Below are positions 48,766 through 58,320 of a DNA stretch of 64,000 nt, one piece after another (within the stretch, counting starts at the first letter, position 1; every line of letters begins with the position of its first letter). The stretch covers positions 124,001-188,000 of IMG/VR virus record IMGVR_UViG_3300042302_000394; one strand, given 5' to 3'. A model generated the notes under the pieces. It was not told the origin of the DNA and ran no database searches. It saw nothing but the letters and a program-made list of their open reading frames with translations. Position numbers and translations under genes: made by a program.

Positions 48766-49056
48766 TTATCTTGACATTAATGCTTTTAGTTGTTGAATAA
48801 TGTCGTTCTGCTCAGGGGGCTCTTCGCCCACTGTTTCCTGACCTGTTAGTTTGTCTATAACAGGGCTGTCTTTGCCTGCTGCGGCTTTAGCAAGTTCTAG
48901 TTCTTGCTGCTGTGGGCTGATCATCACAGGATTTTGCTGCAATTCTGTATCGGCTTCCTCGGGTGGGTTTTGACCAGCAGCATTAACCACAGGATCTTCA
49001 TCACCATTAATTGTAATGGTAATAGGTACATTAATGGTGAATTCTTTTGCTCTCAT
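48766..49056 (-). CDS. small acidic protein (MRAKEFTI N-terminus)
   Basis: TAAATA 4 nt upstream; CTS-like start. Confidence 0.7.
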   Translation of the reverse strand: MRAKEFTINVPITITINGDEDPVVNAAGQNPPEEADTELQQNPVMISPQQQELELAKAAAGKDSPVIDKLTGQETVGEEPPEQNDIIQQLKALMSR

Positions 49057-49066
49057 GATGTATTTA

Positions 49067-49194
49067 GTTGCCGGTTACTTAATCCGGCGCCGAATTTTTT
49101 ATGGCTCAGCAGTGTAATTACGCCGGCAATTTACGTTTGCTAGACGGACGCCTGCCCGGTGGGCTAACCGTTACGACAACGGACCTAAGGTGGT
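49067..49194. other. GC-rich structured intergenic element of unknown class
   Basis: TTGCCGG/CCGGCAA, CCGTT/AACGG and GCCC/GGGC complementarities. Confidence 0.4.
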
Positions 49195-49635
49195 TTAGTT
49201 ACACCAACTTTGTTTAGCATCGCCGTAATATTCGCGTGCTAGACCGTTGGCAATTAATCCTTGACGAATGCTCTGTCCATTGACTAAGATGTCTCCTAGA
49301 ATGCGACCGCCAAACTTGTCCCAACCGTAGATGATAACTTGATGTTTAGGGTGGGATTGAATCGCATGTGTGGTAAATTTGCTGGCCACTAATGCTCTCT
49401 CGTTTTCTTGCGGGCACTGTGCTCTGTGTCCTTTTTCCGGAGTATCAACACCAAATATACGAACTGCTAGTTCTGGCTTTAGTGGAGCAGGAAGGAATGG
49501 TGCTGCAATCACAATAGTGTCACCGTCGCTTACACGTATAATCTGTGCGTCATAAGTTGCACCTTTAGGTGTCTTTTGTGCTAGAGCAGGAACTGCCGCC
49601 ACTGCTAATAATAGGGTTAATAATAGTTTTTTCAT
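49195..49635 (-). CDS. thermonuclease (SNase-like) with signal peptide
   Basis: DGDT, VRIFGVDTPE, DKFGGRILG; MKKLLLTLLLAVAAVPALA; start moved to 49635. Confidence 0.88.
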   Translation of the reverse strand: MKKLLLTLLLAVAAVPALAQKTPKGATYDAQIIRVSDGDTIVIAAPFLPAPLKPELAVRIFGVDTPEKGHRAQCPQENERALVASKFTTHAIQSHPKHQVIIYGWDKFGGRILGDILVNGQSIRQGLIANGLAREYYGDAKQSWCN

Positions 49636-49642
49636 AATGTAT

Positions 49643-51355
49643 TTAAGTAATTTCTTGCCAGCCAATTTGTGCCAGCACGTCTGCGTTGTTTGATGTTGCT
49701 GCCATAGTTAGTGTCACAATATCGCTGACTCCTGCCAATGTTCTGCCTAACTGAAACGCAAACGCATCTGCTCCTAGTTCCGATAGTTCTCTACTGCTGA
49801 CATAACCAGTTTGTAGTTCTATACCGCCCGAAACTCCTGTGGCGGCCGTGTCATATTCAACAGTTCCTGAAGTACTGGTTCCTGCCCAAGTAGCACCAGT
49901 TAGGGTAGGGTTTAGCACCAATCTCCAACGATAGTAATTCACTGTGGGACTCAGCACATCCACTTGTCTGGGCAACACAATAGCATCTAATCTTGTGCTG
50001 GCCAATCTAATGCTGACCAACGGATAGTATGTTCCGGCATTGACCAATCTCAACACACTGGTGCCACGTCCTGCTGATTCGCTGTAGGTAAATGCGTTGT
50101 AGCCACCTTCGCTGATTACAGTGGAGCATATCTGTCTCATCATACTGGATGAAGCAGTGGCTCCAGTATTGGTTATTTCATAACGCACTGGCAGTACAGC
50201 CGTGGTCATATAAGTGGTGGTATTATTCACAACATTGGCATGATGGAATGTGTGGCAAAGCACATAAGCACCGTTGACAACAAATCCACAGCGAACACTT
50301 CCCACGCCCAACCACTCAATGTCTGTCCAAAATATCTGTGTCCTGTCTACATTTAATGCGGCGAATGGATTGTCCCAAGCGTCTTGTCTTATCCTATCTT
50401 CAACCAACGCACCTGTACTATAACTTCTTATTACCAAATAGTTATATGCGCCATCATTTTCAAAATAGACTCCGTTGTTGGTGGTAAAATATCCCACACG
50501 CTGACGCAGGTTGGCCTTGGGAGTGTTCATGGCAAAAGTGGCCAACACCAGCAGACTCTTGCCTGGCTGATAAGGAAAAACTCTTTTGGTTTCTCGTATG
50601 ACACTGGATCCATTACTTGTGCTCACTGCCAGTCTAAATGTAGAACTGTCTGTTTCGTAGACCACTGTGCCGCCAGTGCTGGTGCTACTGCTAAAATCAT
50701 TGTGGTCGTAATATCTTGCTCTACTGTCAAACAGTGTATAAGGCTCACTGACTCGCAGTCTACCAAACGCATCAGTAGATCCTGTGCCCAATGTAAATGT
50801 GTTAGTGCCAGTTAGTGTGGCAGTTACCGTACCACTGACGGGTATAGGATTACCTGAATCGTTTTTAATCTCTACTTCCGGAAGGCTTGAGATAGCAACT
50901 GTGCCAGTTATAGTCCACGGTATTGTACCTTGGTATACTGTGGAGGTGGTTGGAAAGTTAGTTACAGCAAAACTGGTGTTGCTGATTGTCAGTGTATTGC
51001 TTACAAATACAGTTGAAGTAAAATTACTTACTGTGACTGTTCCTGTGATAGCAGGTAGAGAAGAAATATTTACAGTTGATGTAAAATTGCTGACTACAAC
51101 TTGTCCGTTGGTTCCTATGCTAACTGTCCAGGTGCCTTCTTGACGAACACTAATGCTTTCTAATGCAGCCAGTGTTGATGTACTTAAACTTACAGTGTCA
51201 ACAATAACATCACCTTCAAGATTGATACCATCAACATGTACACGAGCCACGGGTTGCCCCTGGCTGTTGTACTGCATAGTCTTATGAATATTTAGAAGAT
51301 TGCTCTCCTGTGGATGTTCATAGGCTGTGCTGTTCTGATAGCGATCAACCGCCAT
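49643..51355 (-). CDS. putative virion structural protein
   Basis: 570 aa, Thr/Ser-rich; DAFGRLRVSEP motif. Confidence 0.7.
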   Translation of the reverse strand: MAVDRYQNSTAYEHPQESNLLNIHKTMQYNSQGQPVARVHVDGINLEGDVIVDTVSLSTSTLAALESISVRQEGTWTVSIGTNGQVVVSNFTSTVNISSLPAITGTVTVSNFTSTVFVSNTLTISNTSFAVTNFPTTSTVYQGTIPWTITGTVAISSLPEVEIKNDSGNPIPVSGTVTATLTGTNTFTLGTGSTDAFGRLRVSEPYTLFDSRARYYDHNDFSSSTSTGGTVVYETDSSTFRLAVSTSNGSSVIRETKRVFPYQPGKSLLVLATFAMNTPKANLRQRVGYFTTNNGVYFENDGAYNYLVIRSYSTGALVEDRIRQDAWDNPFAALNVDRTQIFWTDIEWLGVGSVRCGFVVNGAYVLCHTFHHANVVNNTTTYMTTAVLPVRYEITNTGATASSSMMRQICSTVISEGGYNAFTYSESAGRGTSVLRLVNAGTYYPLVSIRLASTRLDAIVLPRQVDVLSPTVNYYRWRLVLNPTLTGATWAGTSTSGTVEYDTAATGVSGGIELQTGYVSSRELSELGADAFAFQLGRTLAGVSDIVTLTMAATSNNADVLAQIGWQEIT

Positions 51356-51357
51356 AA

Positions 51358-51648
51358 TTAATCAGCGTCGATAAGTGTAACGTAACCTAAACCCGTTGGA
51401 CTGATAAACGCAACGTGCGTTCCTGTAGTAACATTAAAATCCATCATAGAGTTTGCAGGAACTACACAGCTGGCAGTCGTTGCAGCAACAGTTCCTGTAC
51501 CGAATGACATGAACTGGCTAGTACCGTTGGTTACTACAGTAATACGTCTTGCGGTAATTGCTGTATTAACACTGGCTGCACCTGTTTGCAGTGTGGTGAA
51601 TTTTGGAGTGGCGCTATTGCTAGCATAAAGGGTGTGATATCTACTCAT
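51358..51648 (-). CDS. small putative structural protein
   Basis: 96-aa beta-rich ORF in operon. Confidence 0.65.
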   Translation of the reverse strand: MSRYHTLYASNSATPKFTTLQTGAASVNTAITARRITVVTNGTSQFMSFGTGTVAATTASCVVPANSMMDFNVTTGTHVAFISPTGLGYVTLIDAD

Positions 51649-51650
51649 TG

Positions 51651-51953
51651 TTATTCCTTGGTTTGAAAGTTTGGATACATGCTTACGCTGTCTGATCTAA
51701 TGTCACTAGGGTTTTTAGGACCGTTTAGTCCGCCTAGCCCTGCGGCTGTGGTCACGCTGTCAATGCCTTGTACATGCACGTCTGGACTGTTGTCATACAT
51801 GCCAGCAGATTTAACTTCTACAGGTTCTGCTGATAATTGTGCAAACAGTTGTGCAAAGGCACCACCGATCGGATCTTGCTGTGTAGATTGTTGGGCGCAC
51901 TCAACTTGATCAATAAGATCCAGTACGCCACGAATAATTTCAGTTGCTCTCAT
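51651..51953 (-). CDS. small protein (MRATEII N-terminus)
   Basis: TAAATA 6 nt upstream; CTS-like start. Confidence 0.7.
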   Translation of the reverse strand: MRATEIIRGVLDLIDQVECAQQSTQQDPIGGAFAQLFAQLSAEPVEVKSAGMYDNSPDVHVQGIDSVTTAAGLGGLNGPKNPSDIRSDSVSMYPNFQTKE

Positions 51954-51983
51954 AATGTGTATTTACTCGTAAGTTAACACTGA

Positions 51984-54683
51984 TTAGACTATGTTGATAA
52001 CATTACCCATTACGCCATGGATAGTGCATTGATAATACAGTGTAGATGGTGCATTCATTGGCACAGTAAATGTCTGTGTGCCTGCTTGACTGCCTGAAAC
52101 GCCGTCAGTATAAGCTGCGCCGCCGTCACTTACTCTAATAGCAAAGGGATGACTGCCACCCGTAGTGTTGATAAAAGTATAGGTAAATCCTCTGTATAGA
52201 TATAGCACAGGATCATTAGTGTTGCCTGCAACTACACCGGGTCCGCTGAATACGTAATCACTAGTTCCAGTAGATGATACTGACCACGTAATAGAAGCAC
52301 TAGGGCCAGTTGGCCCTGTATCGCCTTGTGGTCCTTGTGGTCCAGTTACTCCTTGTGGACCAGTTGGACCTACGTTTCCTTGAACGCCTTGTGAACCACT
52401 TGGCCCAGTTGGCCCTGATGGTCCAATAAATCCTATGCCGTTTGCTCCACTAGGTCCTGATGGCCCGGTTGGCCCGGTGGGTCCTGTGGCCCCGTCGACT
52501 CCTGTGGGTCCCGATGGCCCAGTAGGACCCGAAGGTCCTGCTACTGCGCTTGCCGGTCCTGCTGGTCCAGTGGCGCCTGATGGGCCAGTAGGTCCTGTAT
52601 CACCAGATGGTCCTTGTGGACCAGTTGGGCCTGCACCTGTAGGTCCTGTATCGCCTGGAATTCCTTGAGCACCTGATGGTCCAGTTGGACCAGTTGGACC
52701 TACAGCTCCTTGAACACCCTGTGGGCCAGTTGGACCCACGTCTCCTTGAACGCCTTGTGGACCTTGCGGGCCACCGGATGGGCCAGTTGGACCCACGTCT
52801 CCTTGAACGCCTTGTGGACCAGCAGGGCCAGTTGCACCAGTAGGCCCCTGTGGACCTACGTCTCCTTGAACGCCTTGTGGACCTTGCGGGCCACCGGATG
52901 GGCCAGTTGGACCCACGTCTCCTTGAACGCCTTGTGGACCAGCAGGGCCAGTTGCACCTACCGATCCTTGACCACCGGCAGGGCCAGTTGGACCCACGTC
53001 TCCTTGAACGCCTTGTGGACCAGCAGGACCAGTTGGACCTACAGCTCCTTGACCACCAGCAGGTCCTTGTGGGCCAGTTAGTCCTTGTGATCCGGTACTT
53101 GCAACTACAATACCATTTACACTTATATCACCTTCGAGTGTAACTTGCAAAGGAATACCGCCAAAATATACGGTGCTAGTCCCAACATACAAACTACGCC
53201 ATTGTTTATCAGCACTACCTAAATCAAATCTTATATCATCTGTTGGAATTAAACTGTTTTGCACTTGTAAGTCTGTACCTGTTGCCAGTGACCCTATCTT
53301 TGTAAACTTAAATGTTCCTGTTGATGAAAGCTCCGATGAAACTATGCTAGTAGTAGTAGTTCCGGAGTTAGTAAAAAACATAAACTTGGCAGTGGGGAAA
53401 GTCCCTGTGTTTTCAACTCGAACGTGTATTCTTGCGGGAGCCATGAATTGTGTTGGAGTTCGAGTTGAAAACACAAGCTCTGCAATATTATCATTTTCTA
53501 ACAAAGGTGTTGGTGCAGTTGCTGTTCCTCTAGTTCTAACCCATCTAAAATCTAATGCATCTGGTTGATCAAAGTGTTGTGAAAATGACCAACCTGCGGC
53601 ACCTGGTATAAAAAGTTCTCTAGACCAAGCAACACTTGTACCAGTATTAGAGGTAGCACCACCAATAAAAATTACCTGACTATCGAAATTGTAAGACATT
53701 GCTAAACTAGGAGAAATTTCTGTATTATTAGTTGTTCCGTAGAGTGCAAATCTTCCAAATTGACCAGGATTTACTCTTCCTTGTCTAATACCATCTATAC
53801 TAATTCCGGTTGTTGGATCTACAGATACTTGGTAATTGTCAAAGTACATGGATGTAGATGCTACATGTATCGTTCCACTGTTTAGGTATAGATTGCCTTG
53901 TCCAGTTAGTTCTAACTTTTTAACCCAGGTAGTTTCCTGTCCGGTGGTAGGGACTGTATAGGTTTCAAATGAATTGTCAGCAACACCGATACCGAATAAT
54001 GTCTGTGAATCACCCGGTCCCGTATCCCCTAGAAATAAAACTTGATTTATGTTTGCATCTTCATTTACTAAAACTGTTGATTGCTCGTATGCCGAGGCGA
54101 ATCCGTATGCTCGATATTCACCTCCGGTAAATGGAGTTGATTCTAAGTGACGTATTCTACTATAATTGTCACTATCATAACCTCCAACAACAATAGCTTG
54201 ACGAATGGTAAGTGTGTTAACATAGACGGTATTCCATCTACGTAGGTCAGATCCTAAGTTAAATTGGTTACTAGCATTGGGTAATACATTACCGGAAGTT
54301 ACTAAGTTTCCAAAGCTATTTAGACTAGTAACAAAAGATCCGTTAACCAGAGACGACGTGGTTGAAAATCCGCCCCCGGTACCGGCAGGGCCAGTTGGGC
54401 CAGTCTCACCTTGTGGCCCAGCAGGGCCGGTAGGACCGGCAGCTACAGTAAATTGAACAATATTTAATGCATCATTATATACAGCAGTCATGCCACTATG
54501 ACTACTATGAACTAATAGCGTAGCACCAGCGTCTGCTACTGCTTCTGTAAAATCAGTACCAGTTGTTCCTAGCAGTGTGGCAATTTCTGTAAAATTTTGA
54601 TTTACTTTGATAAATGCAGATCGTATGCTGTCACCGTCGCCTGAGTTTGCATTAGAACCTGTATTGATAACTTGAATGGTCAT
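51984..54683 (-). CDS. baseplate-anchored fibre: T4 gp9/gp10-like N-terminus, Pro-rich collagen, C-terminal cupredoxin-like domain
   Basis: [26 protein letters not shown]; GPT/GPQ triplets; SHPF...[11 protein letters not shown]. Confidence 0.75.
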   Translation of the reverse strand: MTIQVINTGSNANSGDGDSIRSAFIKVNQNFTEIATLLGTTGTDFTEAVADAGATLLVHSSHSGMTAVYNDALNIVQFTVAAGPTGPAGPQGETGPTGPAGTGGGFSTTSSLVNGSFVTSLNSFGNLVTSGNVLPNASNQFNLGSDLRRWNTVYVNTLTIRQAIVVGGYDSDNYSRIRHLESTPFTGGEYRAYGFASAYEQSTVLVNEDANINQVLFLGDTGPGDSQTLFGIGVADNSFETYTVPTTGQETTWVKKLELTGQGNLYLNSGTIHVASTSMYFDNYQVSVDPTTGISIDGIRQGRVNPGQFGRFALYGTTNNTEISPSLAMSYNFDSQVIFIGGATSNTGTSVAWSRELFIPGAAGWSFSQHFDQPDALDFRWVRTRGTATAPTPLLENDNIAELVFSTRTPTQFMAPARIHVRVENTGTFPTAKFMFFTNSGTTTTSIVSSELSSTGTFKFTKIGSLATGTDLQVQNSLIPTDDIRFDLGSADKQWRSLYVGTSTVYFGGIPLQVTLEGDISVNGIVVASTGSQGLTGPQGPAGGQGAVGPTGPAGPQGVQGDVGPTGPAGGQGSVGATGPAGPQGVQGDVGPTGPSGGPQGPQGVQGDVGPQGPTGATGPAGPQGVQGDVGPTGPSGGPQGPQGVQGDVGPTGPQGVQGAVGPTGPTGPSGAQGIPGDTGPTGAGPTGPQGPSGDTGPTGPSGATGPAGPASAVAGPSGPTGPSGPTGVDGATGPTGPTGPSGPSGANGIGFIGPSGPTGPSGSQGVQGNVGPTGPQGVTGPQGPQGDTGPTGPSASITWSVSSTGTSDYVFSGPGVVAGNTNDPVLYLYRGFTYTFINTTGGSHPFAIRVSDGGAAYTDGVSGSQAGTQTFTVPMNAPSTLYYQCTIHGVMGNVINIV
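52738..52958. repeat. 120-bp-period direct repeat in collagen tract
   Basis: 52738-52838 identical to 52858-52958. Confidence 0.8.
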
Positions 54684-54685
54684 TT

Positions 54686-54973
54686 TTATAATCCTGCTAG
54701 TTTTCTAATTGACTCTAACTGATCCGGTTTCTCTAGAATCTTGTCATAATCTTGCATAGTGAGTACACCCTTGTTCTTAATAGCCAAAATGTTAGTGATA
54801 ACAAAGTGCAGGTCTGCATCCGATTTTACGTCCTCGCGGGCTAGTTCTAAAATTCGAGTAAGTAATGGAATATCCAATGTTACTGTATCAACAGCATCTG
54901 CGGACTCCTTTACTGTAATATTTGGTTTGGCAGGGTTTACAATGCCGGAATGTATAAAAGTTGAGTGACTCAT
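54686..54973 (-). CDS. hypothetical protein
   Basis: 95 aa; TAAATA 5 nt upstream. Confidence 0.7.
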   Translation of the reverse strand: MSHSTFIHSGIVNPAKPNITVKESADAVDTVTLDIPLLTRILELAREDVKSDADLHFVITNILAIKNKGVLTMQDYDKILEKPDQLESIRKLAGL

Positions 54974-54985
54974 ATGACTATTTAG

Positions 54986-55014
54986 TTGCTCTTTATGGTA
55001 AATGACTGTATAAT
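54986..55014 (+). promoter_or_regulatory. sigma70-type promoter TTGCTC-17-TATAAT
   Basis: Upstream of plus-strand HNH gene. Confidence 0.6.
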
Positions 55015-55049
55015 AAATACTGGGTCACAACAACCTTTGAAAGTAGTAA

Positions 55050-55562
55050 ATGAGTTCGACATTATTGTTAAATGCAGACGGAGCCCCGATTTCTTGGCTA
55101 CCGTTGAGCACAATTTCCTGGGAAGAATCTATTAAGTTCATAGTGCTTGAAAAAGCCACTGTGTTAGATGTCTACGATAATTGGGTCGTGCATAGTGCAA
55201 ACTGGGAAACACAGGTTCCTGCCGTTATGATTCTTCGCGAGTACGAAAAGCGCAAGACTGCAATTCGTTATTCCAAACATAATGTGTTCCTTCGTGATGG
55301 CTATACATGCCAGTACTGTGGGGATGATGTAAGCCGTAAAACAGCCACGTTAGACCACGTGCTGCCAGTTAGTCACGGTGGTAAGACTACCTTTGAAAAC
55401 ACTGTCTGCGCCTGCGCGAGCTGTAATGCAAACAAGGGTAACGACAAGAAGATTGTGCCAAAGCACAAGCCAGTTAAGCCCACCTACTATCAATTAGTAG
55501 ACAAGCGTAGACAGCAAAAGTGGGATATACCACACCCATCGTGGGCCAACTACTTAGGATAA
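55050..55562 (+). CDS. HNH endonuclease (McrA-like)
   Basis: RDGYTCQYCG...TLDHVLPVSHGG...NTVCACASCNANKG. Confidence 0.9.
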   Translation: MSSTLLLNADGAPISWLPLSTISWEESIKFIVLEKATVLDVYDNWVVHSANWETQVPAVMILREYEKRKTAIRYSKHNVFLRDGYTCQYCGDDVSRKTATLDHVLPVSHGGKTTFENTVCACASCNANKGNDKKIVPKHKPVKPTYYQLVDKRRQQKWDIPHPSWANYLG

Positions 55563-55565
55563 AAG

Positions 55566-55590
55566 AAAAGCACCGTAAGGTGCTTTTTTT
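55566..55590. terminator. bidirectional intrinsic terminator
   Basis: AAAAGCACC-GTAA-GGTGCTTTTTTT. Confidence 0.85.
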
Positions 55591-55602
55591 ATGACCCAAA
55601 TT

Positions 55603-55821
55603 TTATTTTGAACGATATACTATACGACATTTAGTTAAGTCGTATGGGCTCATTTCTACCCTAACTCTATCCCCTAACAGTATTTGAATTCTGTTCTGTC
55701 GCATCTTGCCCGAGATGAATCCCAGAACTGCGGAACCTTGTTCCAACCTTACCCGAAACATTGCGTTGGGTAGTACTTCTTCGATCCTGCCCTCAAGGCT
55801 GATCATATCTTCTTTAGCCAC
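55603..55821 (-). CDS. infA: translation initiation factor IF-1
   Basis: [22 protein letters not shown]...[28 protein letters not shown]. Confidence 0.95.
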   Translation of the reverse strand: MAKEDMISLEGRIEEVLPNAMFRVRLEQGSAVLGFISGKMRQNRIQILLGDRVRVEMSPYDLTKCRIVYRSK

Positions 55822-55823
55822 GA

Positions 55824-56066
55824 TTAAACACTTTCTCCTTTAAGTCCTTTAATGACCATTTCTTTAGCTCTCCTATCTAAATCAGCTACTTCAGCTTTGT
55901 GTATATTTACTGCCATTTGAATCATAAAGTCCGTTATGGCAATCTTGCCCCGATCAGTAAAATAACAGTATTCTGGACCTACGGCACTGCGGTGGTAGAA
56001 TCGATCGTCCCTGGCCAACTCGCAGAAGCCTCCGAACATTAAATTTTTAACAGCTTCTTTATCCAT
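55824..56066 (-). CDS. hypothetical protein (80 aa)
   Basis: ATG 56066 directly after the ligase stop; upstream extension in the ORF track overlaps ligase and is rejected. Confidence 0.7.
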   Translation of the reverse strand: MDKEAVKNLMFGGFCELARDDRFYHRSAVGPEYCYFTDRGKIAITDFMIQMAVNIHKAEVADLDRRAKEMVIKGLKGESV

Positions 56067-56067
56067 A

Positions 56068-57360
56068 TTATAGTTTCTCACCTGCTTTAAAACCTCGGAA
56101 TCGAAGAGCCCGTGGAAATCGGAGGCTGTATACGTCTTCACTATCTTGGCTCCGAGTAATTGCATCTGCTCGCACTTCCAAGACTTGACCAATAACCTCA
56201 TCGTCAACTTCGGCTCTCTGATCATCTGTCCAGCCAGAGCCAACATTAACACGGATGAACTTGCCATCCTCTTCGCCTTCGCAGATAACTGCGCCCATTT
56301 TGCCTTCATTTTTACCTGTTCCTGGCTCGATGCCCACAATGGTTAAACTTACTTCGATAAATGGCTTTTGTTTGAGCCACGCCACATGACGCTTACAGAC
56401 ATAAGGTGCATCAATGTCTTTGATCATAATGCCTTCAAACCCTGCATCAATGGCATCTTTGTTATATTGTTTAAATTGCATTTCACCAACTGCTGTGTCT
56501 AGATCCACTTCAAGTTGAGGAATAATATCAATGTTCCCAATCTTATCCAGTACAGACTGCATACTGCGTAGGAGATTACTACGACGGCGTTGTCCCAGAA
56601 TGCTTTTACCTTTTCGGAATTCACTAAGTGGAAGAACATCAAAGGCCATCAGTCGTGCATCGCTGGCATCTGCATCGCTTTTACGATGTACCTGTTTCAT
56701 TAGTGCTTGGAAGCTAGAGCTAACCACTTCACCGTCAATGACAATACTGCGATCAAACAGTTCGATGTTATCTTCAATGCCTTTGGTAATGTGTCCAAAG
56801 TTTTCTAAAATTTTGCCATTGCGGCTGTAGACAGTTGCAGTCTTAGCATCGGCATCAACAATCAACACAGCACGAACACCGTCCAGTTTAGGCTCAAGCA
56901 GTTTCTTACCTGCGACTTTGCTTTCGTGGTTGGCGCCGTCGTGAGCCAACATGCACTCGAACAATGGTACAGCGTCTTTCTTAATCTTATTGATAGTCTT
57001 TTCACTAACACCGCAACGGAGATCCTTGATTAGGATACGACGATACCAATCATTCCATTGCTTCTGTGTGCTTGCACTCAATGCCAATTCGATTGCATCA
57101 CGTGCGGCATCGCCTGTTAGTTGTCGAGTGCGTAGAAGTTCGCACAGTTCTTTAAATGCAACCCAAGGCAGACCCTGTCCGCTACCACCTGTGCTGGTAG
57201 GTACTTTCTTTACACCAAATGTAATAAATGGACTTAGAGCCAGTTGAAAGCCTTCAAACAACTCTACGTTGTCGATTTCTGCTTCTAGGATTGCTTCTTT
57301 GTTTAGTCGGCTGGAGTGTTCTTCCAGACTGCGGATTACTGCATCGCAAGGAGTTGTCAT
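56068..57360 (-). CDS. ATP-dependent DNA ligase
   Basis: EPKLDGVR (motif I), DGE, FDV, EGIMIK, WLKQK, OB domain with LRFPR. Confidence 0.93.
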   Translation of the reverse strand: MTTPCDAVIRSLEEHSSRLNKEAILEAEIDNVELFEGFQLALSPFITFGVKKVPTSTGGSGQGLPWVAFKELCELLRTRQLTGDAARDAIELALSASTQKQWNDWYRRILIKDLRCGVSEKTINKIKKDAVPLFECMLAHDGANHESKVAGKKLLEPKLDGVRAVLIVDADAKTATVYSRNGKILENFGHITKGIEDNIELFDRSIVIDGEVVSSSFQALMKQVHRKSDADASDARLMAFDVLPLSEFRKGKSILGQRRRSNLLRSMQSVLDKIGNIDIIPQLEVDLDTAVGEMQFKQYNKDAIDAGFEGIMIKDIDAPYVCKRHVAWLKQKPFIEVSLTIVGIEPGTGKNEGKMGAVICEGEEDGKFIRVNVGSGWTDDQRAEVDDEVIGQVLEVRADAITRSQDSEDVYSLRFPRALRFRGFKAGEKL

Positions 57361-57391
57361 GTGTGTTTCATTAGTGTGTTACGATAAGACA

Positions 57392-57420
57392 ATTATACAA
57401 CATTTTTGGAACAGTGTCAA
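57392..57420 (-). promoter_or_regulatory. sigma70-type promoter TTGACA-17-TATAAT
   Basis: Perfect consensus upstream of ligase. Confidence 0.8.
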
Positions 57421-57438
57421 TGGACATTTTACCAAAAT

Positions 57439-57762
57439 TTAAATGGAGAAGCTACTGCCGCAGCCGCAAGTGGATTGAGCGTTTGGATTTTTTATTGAAA
57501 AGCTAGATCCGGAAAGATCTTCTTTGTAATCAATTTCGGCACCTTGTAGATACTGCATACTCATAGCATCTACTACGACTTTAAATTCACCAATTGGAAA
57601 TTGGAAATCATCTTCGTTAAATTCTTCATCAAAGGTAAATCCGTAACTAAATCCAGAACAGCCGCCACCTTGTACAAAGGTTCTTAAGGCAAGTTTTGGA
57701 TTATTTTCCTCCATTAGGAGGTCTGTAATCTTTGTCTTAGCATTTGATGTTATGTTGATCAT
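57439..57762 (-). CDS. A-type Fe-S carrier (ErpA/IscA family)
   Basis: [17 protein letters not shown]; start moved to ATG 57762, 5 nt after TAAATA. Confidence 0.9.
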   Translation of the reverse strand: MINITSNAKTKITDLLMEENNPKLALRTFVQGGGCSGFSYGFTFDEEFNEDDFQFPIGEFKVVVDAMSMQYLQGAEIDYKEDLSGSSFSIKNPNAQSTCGCGSSFSI

Positions 57763-57767
57763 ACTAC

Positions 57768-57784
57768 TATTTACACTATAAATA
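57768..57784. promoter_or_regulatory. back-to-back late-type boxes TAAATA (-) and TATAAATA (+)
   Basis: 57768-57773 on minus strand, 57777-57784 on plus strand. Confidence 0.6.
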
Positions 57785-57802
57785 TCCAAGCAGGAGAAAA
57801 AC

Positions 57803-57967
57803 ATGGAACAATACATGGATGACTTTCAAAACTACAAACGATTTACAGCTAAATGCAAATGCGGATGTCCTGCACACTGCAATCATAGTTGTACTGAATG
57901 CGAATACTGCCCGGACTGCGAATGTCCAGAGTGCATAGAATTAGATAATAGCAGAGGGTACAATTAA
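57803..57967 (+). CDS. Cys-rich metallothionein-like micro-protein (54 aa)
   Basis: CAGGAG SD; [27 protein letters not shown]; TAATG coupling to next gene; not in ORF track. Confidence 0.75.
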   Translation: MEQYMDDFQNYKRFTAKCKCGCPAHCNHSCTECEYCPDCECPECIELDNSRGYN

Positions 57968-58320
57968 TGGCATACTGGTCTAGAGATGATACTAAAGAAT
58001 GGATCATACAGTTAGAGCATCGTATTGACGACATCGACTACTATTTGAATAAAACTTTAGAATGGTGCGAAGAATACGGTATAGAAAATCAACGTGTGAT
58101 TTTTATGTGCAGTTTCTTAACCTGTATTTGGGTTAGCCAGGTTCGGGGAGAGACTATAACGTTTACAGAACTAATGGAAATGTTAGGCGTTTCGGAATGG
58201 GAAACTAATTTTAATAACGAAGAAAAAATATATGAACTCGACAAGTGTTTCGCCGAGTTAGATCATCACGAGTTGTTAGAAACGGCCGTGCTGAAACTCA
58301 ATCAGAATGACGAGTGGTAA
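57967..58320 (+). CDS. hypothetical acidic protein
   Basis: 117 aa, coupled to preceding ORF. Confidence 0.7.
   Translation: MAYWSRDDTKEWIIQLEHRIDDIDYYLNKTLEWCEEYGIENQRVIFMCSFLTCIWVSQVRGETITFTELMEMLGVSEWETNFNNEEKIYELDKCFAELDHHELLETAVLKLNQNDEW

Noticed and set aside
49067-49194. Twister, hammerhead or HDV-like ribozyme assignment
   Set aside because: Only partial word matches (GGUUAC/GUAA, CUGCUGAG); required conserved core elements could not be placed
37820-53100. CRISPR-like or mobile repeat arrays
   Set aside because: Repeats are in-frame multiples of 9 nt encoding collagen triplets, with no unique spacers
56067-56339. N-terminal extension of the 171-aa ORF
   Set aside because: It overlaps the ligase 3' end in another frame; the ATG at 56066 follows the ligase stop directly
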